From assembly GCF_022045235.1 (NCBI RefSeq), contig NW_027266275.1:25358001-25422000 (forward strand): a stretch of DNA of 64,000 nucleotides, written 5' to 3'. Numbering within the stretch: the stretch's first letter is position 1; every line of letters starts with the position of its first letter. The notes beneath the pieces are model-generated. The model was not told the DNA's origin. It saw nothing but the letters and a program-made list of their open reading frames with translations, and did no database searches. Shown one piece after another: positions 1-11,912 of this stretch. A program made the translations under genes and the position numbers. This DNA comes from Haliotis cracherodii (Eukaryota).

Positions 1-457
1 GTTCGTCAATATTTGAATTGTAAACATGACGCCTTATTATTATCTTATTGTTTGTTTTTGAAAGTTTTGAAAGTCAGTGTATGCTGATGTACAGGGATGT
101 AGTTTTCTTAAGTCAGAGCGTACTATGTTTCAAGTGCTTTACATGGGTATATTCAAGAATACATGGTAATAGCCTGTGGACGTTTTATTAGTGTGTCACA
201 ATACCTCATGATGTTCACTCATAAAATACATAACATTTATGACAATAAACAAAGGACATTTTGTATTTTCTTGTCTAATAACATGTTAATCTCATCTCTT
301 GAGATGGCTGCGCCACTCAGGGAAATCTCAGCTTTCCCTGATCACTCGATAAGTTAAACAAGTTACAAATTCCCTCTGTTCATTGTCACCTTTCTAAACA
401 TTTTGTATATTTCATATTCCTCCAAAAAGCAGGTCACATTCATTAGTAACTCTCAGG

Positions 458-626
458 TGGATGCGGTCGGGTAGCCTTGTGGTTAAAGCGTTCGCTCGTC
501 ACGCCGAAGACCCGGGTTCGATTCCCGACATAGGTACATTGTGTGAAGCCCATTTCTGGTGTCCCCCCGCCGTGATATTGTTGGAATATTGCTAAAAGCG
601 GCGTAAAACCATACTCACTCACTCAC
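458..626 (+). mobile_element. Short tRNA-derived SINE (family C)
   Basis: tRNA-like head (gtagccttgtggttaaagcg...gggttcgattccc, A/B boxes) and (actc)n tail. 14-bp TSD tagtaactctcagg at 444-457 and 627-640. Confidence 0.9.
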
Positions 627-2411
627 TAGTAACTCTCAGGACAATCCAAACTGTAGTGAATGAGTGAAGGTCGGTTCACGCAACACTATACAATACTCCA
701 TCTTCATCAGTGAACCAGTAAATAGTTCACTCTGGGCCAGGCATACGAGTTGATTGCAGGAACAACGATCCCCGTTGCCGATGAGGCAGAGAGAGCCTAT
801 AACCTTCAGAATTAGTCGACTCCTTAAAACTGGCTCACAGTTACTGCATGAGCACAGTCTAGAGACTCATAGCTCCAAGAACAAGACAGTTACATTGGTG
901 AACAGAACTTGGCAGGGTCTGACGAAGAGTAACCGCTGTGATTGCGTATACGTAGCTGTTAAGTAATTTACTGAACTGAACTAACTGACCTGAATTTACT
1001 TTTAAAGTCCTTCTATATACTAAAAGGTGATATAATATATTATTGAGATTTACTTTCACTTTGTATGAGTTCACACATTGCATGAACGTCATCGAAAGAT
1101 CCGATCAACGTTTATACAGTTTGGCCCTCTCGTTTGGCTATCGATCAGTCGACGACTTGTATCAATGCGCGAGTGAATATAGAAGAGAGACCATTTCAGG
1201 TAGCAAGGTGCACGTAAGACCAGCATTTGATGTAATTTTATATGCTTATTCGACAATCGATGTGAAAGTATGGCTTTTTCCTACATTCTATTATCTATGA
1301 CCCTTGCCGAAAAGATAAATCTAAGCTTAAACCGGCACCACGGCAACGAAAACAACGAAAATCGCGATATATTATACACAGCTTTGAACATAGTGTACAA
1401 ACATCTTAGTACAATGGGCAAGACTCGAGCATCAGGAAACCTGAGGGTAGACGATACCTTCAAATATGGTGATCACATCGTACGTCTGGGGACTATTTCT
1501 TTGCAACGCGATCATGAATTTCAGTACGAAGGTCGGTCGTGATCACGTGGTTACTTCATTATGTAATTGTAGGAATACAAAGAGTTATCCAGCCGATGCA
1601 GACACTGTCTGATGCATGCGTGAATCGATCGACAGCATTTCTACATCATTCACATGTTTCGTGCAGGAAAATATTGCTTGAACCCATTTTACCCGACAGT
1701 TAATGTCTGAGATAAGTTAAATCAAAGCTCTCCAATATCAACTGAGGTATTGCAGTGACATCAGTTCTCAGAATAGACTGTTAAACCCTAAGTATGGCAT
1801 GCCAATCAGTCGTGTGGTTATTAGTCACTGGCTTGTCATGACGTTATCGAGTTGACAAAGACACCCAGCACTCTACTGCTCTGTTATCTGCAGGTCGTCA
1901 TGATGTAACACACAAAACAAACGAATTGAATTGGTAACGGAGAACAAGAAATGTTACAATAAATGGATAGTATATTGCTACACACACGAGGATGCAAATA
2001 TATACGTTCGGGTCACTGATTACAAATGATTTTACAAATGATTACACATAGGTTCATACTGATACAAATTTAAGGCAACAAATCCATTTCAATAATCATA
2101 AGAAATTTCAATTGTACGATTCCGACTATGTCATAAACATGTGTTTTTGAATCAATATCAAATAGTGATGGTACATTTTTACCAGGTCATACCACGCAAA
2201 TGTTCGTGATGTTCAGAGTAACAACTAACTGGACTATTCATAGACTCAGTGATGAATAATTTTCAAAATCTAATGTTAAGATTCCTGCCTGGTGCCATAA
2301 ATGATATACTATGACGAGTTCTTTGAAAGTCATGATACCTTCATACAGTATTGTTTATATCCTGTAACGAATCAGTGTGTGTTGTGCGCTTTCCATTATG
2401 TTACGTTATTT

Positions 2412-4486
2412 ATGGATGTAGATATTGTCTCCAGTGGGACGAAGACAATGTGTTCGACGGACTTCTACAGGGATGGAGAATCTGGGAAGTGCCAGCCTTG
2501 TAACGAGTTGTGCCATCAAGCCGAAGTTAGAGGAACTGTCGAGATTTGCACCAGACTGTGTCCAGGTACAAACTGAAAACATTTATTGCATATGTCATAT
2601 TTCATTTATCATTGCGGGTTAGTAATAAATTCATCTGAAATATATTTATCATCATAAATAGACAAACAATAAAACCTTTATTGTTGTGTCACAATACGCA
2701 ATGCTTTCTCTGTATTTTTGTCTCATCATATGATCCTGTTCCGGAGATACAAACTAAATTATCAACTTACTGTTCATCTGTTCAGGGCCGCACTCAAGTA
2801 TTCCATAATTCAGATTGACAACCCACTCAAAACATTTACCTTGTACGGCTTCGTTCACTCAATATATTTGCTGACACAGTGAATTCCTGTTCTATCTGGT
2901 CATGGTAGAACGAGTGTGTGTGTGAGTTGGGTTTAACGCCGCTTTTAACATTATTCCAGTTATATCACGGCGTGTCAGCTTAATGTGGGAGGAAAGCCCG
3001 AAGTGATGCAGTTCTCAGACGTTTACCACTTCGGTGAAAACCCACGAGCAAGGGTATGGTGCTGACAAACCTAGAAACATAATAGGGGCACCCCGGGATT
3101 CGAACCCACAATCATAGGTTTCTGTCGTGTCCAGGGGACGCAACTCTGCACAGCGAATCGTGGCGCCTTAGACGACTGGGCCACCCGTGCCCCCTGGTAG
3201 AACGAGGATAGCCATAGCTGGGTTACCTGTAGATTTAACCGCGCTTTCGGTCCCAAATTCAATTTAACGATGTAAAATACACAGGTAACCTTGCTCTTCA
3301 TTGCTAACACTGTTTGTTTATCTCCTTATTAACAAAATCAACGGGTCTTCTTTATAATATTGTCAATTGTCTCTTCTATATGGGTGCGTGATGATAGAGG
3401 TAGAGGTCATCACACTGTTAGCGGAATACTTCCACTTGATATTGTTTATTCTATTCTTTTAATAAATTCACATGACATTATGTATTATATTACTAGTATA
3501 AAGCATGTGTGGAAAGTGTGCGTTAAAAAGGTCATTTTAAATGCCACGATCAGTGAAAAATAATTGACAGTTTGTGTATGATAGTGTCTTCAGATAACTC
3601 TGTTCCGGAGGCTTACATTGACACGGCAACAACCACCAGTGCAACCGAGACAGCAGTTATTGCACCGACCGATGGTGAGTGTTATAATGTGATAGAATCT
3701 TTCCTCAGTACAGGGTTGCTAATTCCAATGAGGAATCATCATAGATGTTGCTTTGAGTACCATCACTGATATACATGCATGTACATTCAACGAACCTTTT
3801 GAATCATTCTTTTGTGTCTCGCTGTTCTAGATGGGGACCTGATACCAGAGGGGGTGGTCATCACACTGGCAGTGGTCATCATCCTAGTGTCCCTGGCGGC
3901 CTTGGTCATCCTTCTGTCCTTTAAAAGAAGAGCTGAGTTGTGTTTGGGAACCGACCATGACTCAAAACGGTCTCGAAAAGACACGAACCGTACCTGTAGG
4001 CTTAATGTATCTTCAATCAGTGCAGCACTTTAGTCAACCCTCACTGACTTTGTGAAGCAACCTGACTCTGTTATCTTATTGTGTCGCATTAAGTGTTGTT
4101 AAGGTTATGTCTGTAGATTTATTCATGTATAGATAGGTAGGTATTGTGGTACGTACAAAAGTATTCAGTAGCCCTTGGGGCGACCATGGCATATTCGGGA
4201 AGGTAAGAGGGCGTGGATATGATATTGATAGAAACAGAATTTTCTTTTTCAAACATATGGTCACTTGGCACGTCTCATTTTTGTAGGTTGTCAATAAATA
4301 AGAAATGATAACATCTCTGTGCCATGTAACATACTTCATGACCCCACGGAGGAGATCATGGGTGTATTTAACTTCAGTTCTAAACCCTGTACACTATCAG
4401 GTGATACGACCCTGTTATCTACACGTTACATGGCTGAAACCATTCGCCGAAACACTGCAAGCTTAAGGCCCAACACTCAACCATAA
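2412..4486 (+). CDS. TNF-receptor-superfamily-like single-CRD membrane protein (BCMA/TACI/Grindelwald type); 5' start and last exon uncertain
   Basis: Phase-1 compatible exons: ~2422-2565 (CSTDFYRDGESGKCQPCNELCHQAEVRGTVEICTRLCP, six Cys), 3594-3674 (Thr-rich stalk), 3831-3989 (TM VVITLAVVIILVSLAALVILLSF then KRR). A candidate last exon from 4287 has an early TAA; unspliced read-through stops at 4033. Confidence 0.7.
2915..3195 (-). mobile_element. tRNA-derived SINE (family D) with expanded tRNA-like head
   Basis: Minus-strand head ggggcacgggtggcccagtcgtctaaggcg...gggttcgaatcccggggtgcccc and tail ...ggcgttaaacccaactcacac. Second copy at 35020-35242; remnants near 6125-6210 and 7735-7790. Confidence 0.8.
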
Positions 4487-5416
4487 TGCCCGTTCCAAAT
4501 ACACCACCATCGAAAAAACAATTTCATTGCGGTCTCCACAGAACATGAACTAAAACGTTGGCTAATATTGGCAACACTGAAGTCATAATCAAAGATTTAT
4601 AACTCTTGTACTACTTTTGTCATTCAGGAACACAGTATTTAGTTTTATTTGTTCTGAATTTACTCGATTATTGGTTAACATGGATGCACAAAGATACGTT
4701 TATTATTGAAAACATAAAACACAATTTATACATGATCATGATGGCAAGATTACAATACAAACGTCATCATAAGTTTTGTTTATGTTGTTTTTAATGAACT
4801 TACCATATTATGTTTTACGAATGTCGCAATATGTGTGTACAATTGTCTTTAGTAGTTTTCATTCTCATAGTGTAGGACCATTGAGGACCGCGTTGACATG
4901 TGTTCTGTTATCTATTATCGATGGTTCATGTTTATGAAGAGAATAGTTGCATTTCACGTTTCACGGGTCGATGTTTCACTTTTAGTTCATGTGTGTGACC
5001 TAAGGTTTCTCATTTGTTCGGATGTTTCATGTTCACGCAAGGCAATGCAATAACGGATCCCTAAACTACGTATACTAGACGGGTCATTCTAGATGTGTAG
5101 ATAACTCAACATGCTGTTGTATTAATTCTTGTCGTTATGTCACTCCCCAACAGACAACATATATGGTATCCATTGTTAACTATTTTATTTTAGGATATTG
5201 TTACCAAATTCCCAGCTAGAGACGATGGTCGAAATGAAAACAACTTTTTAAAAGTAATTTTCGTCGGTTGAAAAACGGGCAAATGTGTTTAAAATGACAA
5301 GTCAAGGGATTATATACATCGCGTCCTTTATTGTCATATTTTGCATTTATTTTCAGAACTGAAATTAGTTAACAGAAATATATAATAATTTTGTTTCACA
5401 TTTGTGAAATGTTCGT

Positions 5417-5752
5417 CTAGTGGTAGAGCGTCCGCCCGGAGAGCGGAAGGTCCGGGGTTCGATCCCCGACCGCGTCATACCAAAAGACGTTAAAAGATGG
5501 TACTTGTTGTTACCCTGGCGCTCGGCGTTAAGGAGCTAAAACAAGGACTGCTCGGTTCGGAGTCAGTATACTGTGTCTGAGTGGGGTATTCATGTTAAAC
5601 TGTGGCATGGTATCTCAGTGAGCTAGCACTATAAATCGGCATCAGTCCGGACTAGTTCAAGCACACACACACACACACATGTGCATGCACGTCGCTATAT
5701 AAGTGCAATAATCTTGGACGCGACGTTAAACCCCATTTCACCTCACCTCACC
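5417..5752 (+). mobile_element. tRNA-derived SINE (family A, Meta/RUDI-like central domain)
   Basis: Head ggtagagcgtccgcccggagagcggaaggtccggggttcgatcccc, core cgcgtcataccaaaagacgttaaaagatggtacttg, (ca)n tract and (cacct)n tail. At least 6 copies in the window. Confidence 0.9.
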
Positions 5753-6829
5753 ATAATACATGGATGGGTGATACAAGTGGATGAATACATTTGATTATTA
5801 AAACGATAATCCAGCAATACATTTGGTAATATTTTTTTTTAAAAATAACAACCAAATTAAAACCTTGCTTTGAGACTTACGCAATTCTGCTTAACCATCT
5901 TATTACGCCGACCTTTGAGCCAATTATCTGTCCGACTCCAAGAAGACTAAAAAAGTATGCACATGTGTAGGATGCAAGTTGGTGGAGTAGGTGGAATTGT
6001 ATTGCGCTTCGTTTAGGGTAGCAAATGCTATGCCAGTTAAAACCAAGATACATCCCTGGGATTAACGGCTCGTCGTTGGAAGATAACTCGAAGTGATGCA
6101 TGTCATAGAGGATTAACACTTAGGTGAAGCCCACTACCAAGGCGAATCTTGGATTCGAACCCACGACAAAGGTTACTGACACGTCTAGGGGACGAAACTG
6201 ACAGCGATTTAAGAAATCTGAAACAGGTGGATCCTTGCACAACAGGTTGGCTGAAAGGTTCTGAGCCTGACTACGAAGAATGCATGTACAAACACATTTA
6301 CATGTATTAAGTACACTTCTTTCCATGCTTACAGACTGAACCTAGTACACAACCAGGCAGCCTATGTTTGCAGAAGTATTCTCTGTTGGTGATAATGTTG
6401 AAATACTCTACCGCGCTTCCAACAGGCATTTCCTGACGAACGGGCCTCCAAGGAAGGCAAAGTATGTCTTATCAGTTATGGTATTTAGGCACTACAACAT
6501 CGTTGGGAGAAGAGCGTGGACCTCGGACTGGTTTATGATGAACTATAATATGACAACCAACTGTATCTATGAGGTCCATTTTGTACTCTGCCTAAACAGA
6601 AACGAAAATGTTGTAAATGTGAAAAGGTCATTTCTGTGTGGATTGGGGTTGATTTGTGTGGAAAGAATGAGGGACTGCAGAAATTTGGTGCAAAGATGGA
6701 CAAATCGCCAAAACACAACTCCGCGAGAGACTGGCGCAGAAATACAACATCATGACACGCACGTTCAAAATTACTTGTTGGGTTGCAAAACGCTGTGTTT
6801 AATTTGGTTTGTATCACGGTCTTTCATCA

Positions 6830-7440
6830 AGTAAACATCGGAAACATGCTACGACTTACGGAAGCCTAACTACAACAACGCCATAGGCTGACTGTAAACG
6901 GGAGAATCATCTTCAGCTGTGGACAGGGTTTTTTCACGTAGCACCAAGCACCATGACGAAACCATGGCCACACGTCCTTCCCATTATACAACAAGCGAAC
7001 GTCATTTTCCAACAAGACAACACCCGACCTCAAACGGCAAGACTGACAACTCCCTTTTTCAGGAGTCACAACATCCATGTCCTGGCATGGCACTCAAGGT
7101 TTCCAGAGTTAAACCCGATAGAACATTTATGGTTTGCACTTGATCAACGACAGCGAGCATGTCACTAACACCTACAGAACCTCGGACGAGGGGCACAAGC
7201 AATGCAGGCAGATCAGGTGAACATTCCTGTTTTGGACTCTAATGGTGGCCATACAAGAAATTTAGAACAGATGACCTTCGCGTTGACAATCTACTGTTTC
7301 ATGTTTGCAATATGGAACCTGGGTCAATTACAATGATGTGTGACAGTTTCGGACAAATGATTACTCTCTGGTGACTTTTTATTTGACATATGAAGGAAAA
7401 ATCTAAAATCACTTTTGTGTTTCTTTTTGTGTCAAGTGGA
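6830..7440 (+). mobile_element. Tc1-type DNA transposon relic (transposase C-terminus)
   Basis: ORF 6953-7168 reads FQQDNTRPQTAR...LAWHSRFPELNPIEHLW (DD34E spacing); ggtggccatacaaga (GGHTR) follows downstream; frameshifted. Confidence 0.8.
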
Positions 7441-7881
7441 GTTAGGCTCAGAACATTTTAGCCACCAATCGTACCTAGGATGTATTGGCGAATTTTCATG
7501 AGCGTGAGGGCGTGTCTGATACATGTGTGTCGTGGAGAAATGTTGATTGTTCGAACGTACATTTATTTAATATCATTGTGTTTTAACACATTGATACATG
7601 ACAGTTACCCGTAATTTCACTGGACCGCCATGACCCGCAGAATTAAATGTTCACGGATGGAGGTAATAAGCTCGGTCACAAGCAACAAGGAATGTGGAGC
7701 ACGATCGCCATGTTACTTATCACTCTGACCTACGAGTGCGTGAGTTTGGTTTAACCCGGCTTTGAACAGTATTTCAGATATATCACGGCGTGTATAGTTC
7801 TCGCTCTCTGAAAATTGGGTTTATTGACAAATTAGAATTAAGGAAGTGGGTTTTGTGATTCCCTATTGTGTCCATTGCGCT

Positions 7882-8450
7882 TGTCACGGAACTGTGCTCC
7901 AATGATCAGGGGTGTCATTTAACACAAATAAAGTAATGATGAAAACGTGGTAATAGGTTCACAGGTCCATTATTAACATCTAACTGTACCAACAGATTAC
8001 ATGAAAAGGGATCAAATAAACCCAACCTGCGATGGCAAAGATCACTGAATAATTACATCAGAGCAACTGATGATGTAAATATCAAAATAGAGCGCTGAAC
8101 ATACGCTATCCAACGGTGTTACTAAAGATTTACAACAACCTACGTACCATTATTGAGGAGGCAAAAATGACCATAAGTGCATGGGAAATATCTGAGTGAA
8201 CATATAAATTACCCTTATGTTTGAAAATCATAGTCACCAAAACAATTTCAGCACATGAAAAAGGCAGCGAACATAACAGAGATAACAAACATCAGGGCAA
8301 TATATTGTGTGTGTGAGCCATTTAATCACAAGAGAATGAAATAGTCGCATCACTAATTCTCGAACACCGAATGCAATGACACTGCACAACGACGACCGCC
8401 GGACTTTGCCGAGCGGTGTCGAGGACCCGGAGAGGTCACTAGATCCTACC
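7882..8450 (-). mobile_element. Solo-LTR-like repeat, internally deleted copy
   Basis: Begins tgtcacggaactgtgctccaatgatcaggggtgtca. Collinear with 12149-12322 plus 14935-15305, and with the reverse complement of 23529-24591. Confidence 0.75.
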
Positions 8451-9218
8451 CTACCTAGTCTTGACTAATGCCTGCCTAATCCAATAAAAGCTTGCTTTTC
8501 GATTCATTGACATGAGTGCAAGTATCAATTTCCGGGTACCACGCATTCCCACAATATCGTGATATAACCACAGAAAAGGGGTATTAAAATGCCATTGAAC
8601 TGAGGGTTATCAGTGTATTGAGTTTAAAATGTAGCTGAACGCATACCCTTTGAAACAGTTCTGAAACTTTGCCCAGTGTATGATCCAGGTCGCATTAAAT
8701 AAATACGTTTCATAAACATGAGTATATCAGATGTCAATGGATTATTTCAAACCAGATATACGGAGGTTATGTCATGTTATGCAATAAGGACGTGCCATTT
8801 TAATTCATATTTGTCCAGAGACTCTCCGCGATATTGCCATTCTTTGTCAAAGGAATTTACAAAATTCAACATGCTGTTTCCAAGAGTACATACTGAAGAA
8901 GAAATGTTTTCCTTTGATCAAATTCCTAGTTTTTATTTTGCAAAAAATACATGGTATGTCTAGAAGTATGATACAAAATTCAACTCATTTTAACTTCATT
9001 TAACTAATTCATAGCGTTATTAAAATATCTCGCCCGTGGGCGAGCAAAGTTTAAAAGTGTGTGTATCCAATATTCCACTGAAGAGAATGTATAAAGCATC
9101 ATTTATTCACAACTTACTTCTCACATATGACGTAGCTTTTGTTCGGGACCGTTTTGCCTTGTGTGGGCGTGGTCCCGTTTACTACGTCACAATAACCAAG
9201 ATAGTGGGGGAATTAACT

Positions 9219-9628
9219 TGGTAGAGCTGATTACTCGGCTGTCACCTTAAAACAGAGAGAAGGCTGCTGAGTCCCTTTAAGTCTTTATTCGTGGCAGAGT
9301 GAAGCATCTGCCACTGGACTCCGTATATATAGGGACTCAGGCCTTCTATAGAATGCGTTAGTTACCTAATATTGAAACTATGATCTAAATCTGCTACATG
9401 CATGGCGTATTAATTACAATTATTCGACAATTACGGAGCGCACCGACCGCGTAATTTCCTTTATATTCCACCTATCTGATACTTAAATGACGATGCGTCC
9501 GGCCATACACTGCATGTTACAGCCTGAGGCCTAACCCTAGCCTGACCACCTGGCTGAGTTAGATAATCCAGAGTCACTGGTTTGTGACGGTCAGTTACGT
9601 GCACGGCGACTGACTAACATTATCTACA
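9219..9628 (-). mobile_element. Possible unrelated solo LTR
   Basis: Minus strand starts TGTAGA and ends TCTACCA, with a TATATA box followed ~40 nt later by AATAAA. No TSD seen. Confidence 0.35.
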
Positions 9629-9711
9629 GAAATATATTTAGGTTTAGCTAGTTGAATGCCTCACTCGCGCCATGAACATGCTTTCAGGTATGGCGTATTA
9701 TTGGTGGTTGG

Positions 9712-9790
9712 AGTAGAAGTGGTAGTAGCAGTAGCAGTAGAAGTGGTAGTAGTAGTAGTAGTAGCAGTAGAAGTAGTAGTAGAAGTAGAA

Positions 9791-9836
<46 letters not shown>

Positions 9837-11343
9837 AAGAAGTAGTAGTAGTGGAAGTAGCAGTAGTAGTAGATGTAGTGAAGTAGAAGTGGAAGTAGTA
9901 GTAGTAGTAGTAGAAGTAGTAATAGTAGTAGTAGAAGTAGTAGTAGTAGTAGTAGTGGAAGTAGTAGTAGTAGAAGTAATAGTAGTAGTAGAAGTGGTAG
10001 TAGTAGTAGTAGCAGTAGAAGTAGTAGTAGAAGTAGTTGTAGTAGAAGTAGCAGTAGTAGTAGCAGTAGAAGTAGTAGTAGAAGTAGTTGTAGTTGAAGT
10101 AGCAGTAGTAGTAGTAGCAGTAGAAGTAGTAGTAGTAGTAGAAGTAGAAGTAGAAGTAGTAGTAGTAGTGGAAGTAGTAGTAGTAGTAGAAGTAGAAGTA
10201 GTAGTAGTAGTAGAAGTAGAAGTAGTAGTAGTGGAAGTAGTAGTAGTAGAAGTAATAGTAGTAGTAGAAGTGGTAGTAGTAGTAGCAGTAGAAGTAGTAG
10301 TAGAAGTAGTTGTAGTAGAAGTAGCAGTAGTAGTAGCAGTAGAAGTAGTAGTAGAAGTAGTTGAAGTAGCAGTAGTAGTAGTAGTAGCAGTAGAAGTANN
10401 NNNNNNNNNNNNNNNNNNNNNNNNNNNNNNNNNNNNNNNNNNNNNNNNNNNNNNNNNNNNNNNNNNNNNNNNNNNNNNNNNNNNNNNNNNNNNNNNNNNN
10501 NNNNNNNNNNNNNNNNNNNNNNNNNNNNNNNNNNNNNNNNNNNNNNNNNNNNNNNNNNNNNNNNNNNNNNNNNNNNNNNNNNNNNNNNNNNNNNNNNNNN
10601 NNNNNNNCGAAGTAGTAGTAGTAGGAGAAGTGGTAGTAGAAGTAGTCGTAGTAGTAGAAGTAGTAGTAGTAGTAGTGGAAGTAGTAGTAGTAGAAGTGGT
10701 AGTAGAAGTTGTAGTAGTAGTAGCAGTAGAAGTAGTAGTAGAAGTAGTTGTAGTAGAAGTAGCACTAGTAGTAGAAGTAGTAGAAGTAGTTGAAGTAGCA
10801 GTAGTAGTAGTAGTAGCAGTAGAAGTAGTAGTAGTAGTAGAAGTAGAAGTAGTAGTAGTAGTNNNNNNNNNNNNNNNNNNNNNNNNNNNNNNNNNNNNNN
10901 NNNNNNNNNNNNNNNNNNNNNNNNNNNNNNNNNNNNNNNNNNNNNNNNNNNNNNNNNNNNNNNNNNNNNNNNNNNNNNNNNNNNNNNNNNNNNNNNNNNN
11001 NNNNNNNNNNNNNNNNNNNNNNNNNNNNNNNNNNNNCGAAGTAGTAGTAGTAGTAGGAGAAGTGGTAGTAGAAGTAGTCGTAGTAGTAGAAGTAGTAGTA
11101 GTAGTAGTGGAAGTAGTAGTAGTAGAAGTGGTAGTAGAAGTTGTAGTAGTAGTAGCAGTAGAAGTAGTAGTAGAAGTAGTTGTAGTAGAAGTAGCACTAG
11201 TAGTAGAAGTAGTAGTAGTCGTAGTAGTGGAAGTAGTAGTAGTAGTAGCAGTAGAAGTAGTAGTAGTAGTAGAAGTAGTAGTAGTAGTAGTGGAAGTAGT
11301 AGTAGTAGTAGAAGTGGTAGTAGAAGTGGTAGTAGTAGTAGCA
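9712..11343. repeat. Long degenerate (GTA)n microsatellite with GAA/GCA/GTG variants, broken by assembly gaps
   Basis: Seen directly. N-gaps at 10399-10607, 10863-11036 and 11344-11545. Confidence 0.95.
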
Positions 11344-11912
11344 NNNNNNNNNNNNNNNNNNNNNNNNNNNNNNNNNNNNNNNNNNNNNNNNNNNNNNNNN
11401 NNNNNNNNNNNNNNNNNNNNNNNNNNNNNNNNNNNNNNNNNNNNNNNNNNNNNNNNNNNNNNNNNNNNNNNNNNNNNNNNNNNNNNNNNNNNNNNNNNNN
11501 NNNNNNNNNNNNNNNNNNNNNNNNNNNNNNNNNNNNNNNNNNNNNAATTGCGAGGGCCTGATTGCAAACCGCTTTGAACATATATAAGTTGTAATTTCTA
11601 TGTATACATGCTAGCTGGTGTACCGAAAGGTTTTCATAAATGGTGTTGCTAATATCCTCACCTTTCAACTGTGTGCTTTCAACCATTGCGAAAGACATAC
11701 CTTAGCAACAAGGCATTATGTATTTATTAAATAGACGCGGAAGGATTGCTGAACCTTATGTGATTGGGATTCTATATTTTGCGGGTCATGTTTGCTGTGC
11801 TGTGTTGTGTTGTGACTGTGAATGTCGCAATGAATCTGAATGTGGATTACGCCATATATCTGCACGTTAGATCGTAGACCAAGGCATTTCTTGGCACACG
11901 GGATTCTCAACC

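Noticed and set aside
1413-1545. Signal-peptide exon for the TNFR-like gene (MVITSYVWGLFLCNAIM)
   Set aside because: The best donor gives the wrong phase for the 2422 acceptor in that frame; cannot be supported without transcripts.
3085-3195. tRNA gene (also heads at 465-530, 5417-5470, 49495-49550)
   Set aside because: These are SINE heads followed by SINE bodies and tails, several with TSDs; the cloverleaves are irregular.
9684-11698. Long Thr-rich, poly-Leu and poly-Val ORFs suggesting a mucin
   Set aside because: They are translations of a triplet microsatellite across N-gaps, with a frame slip near 9886 and no supportable splice sites or signal peptide.
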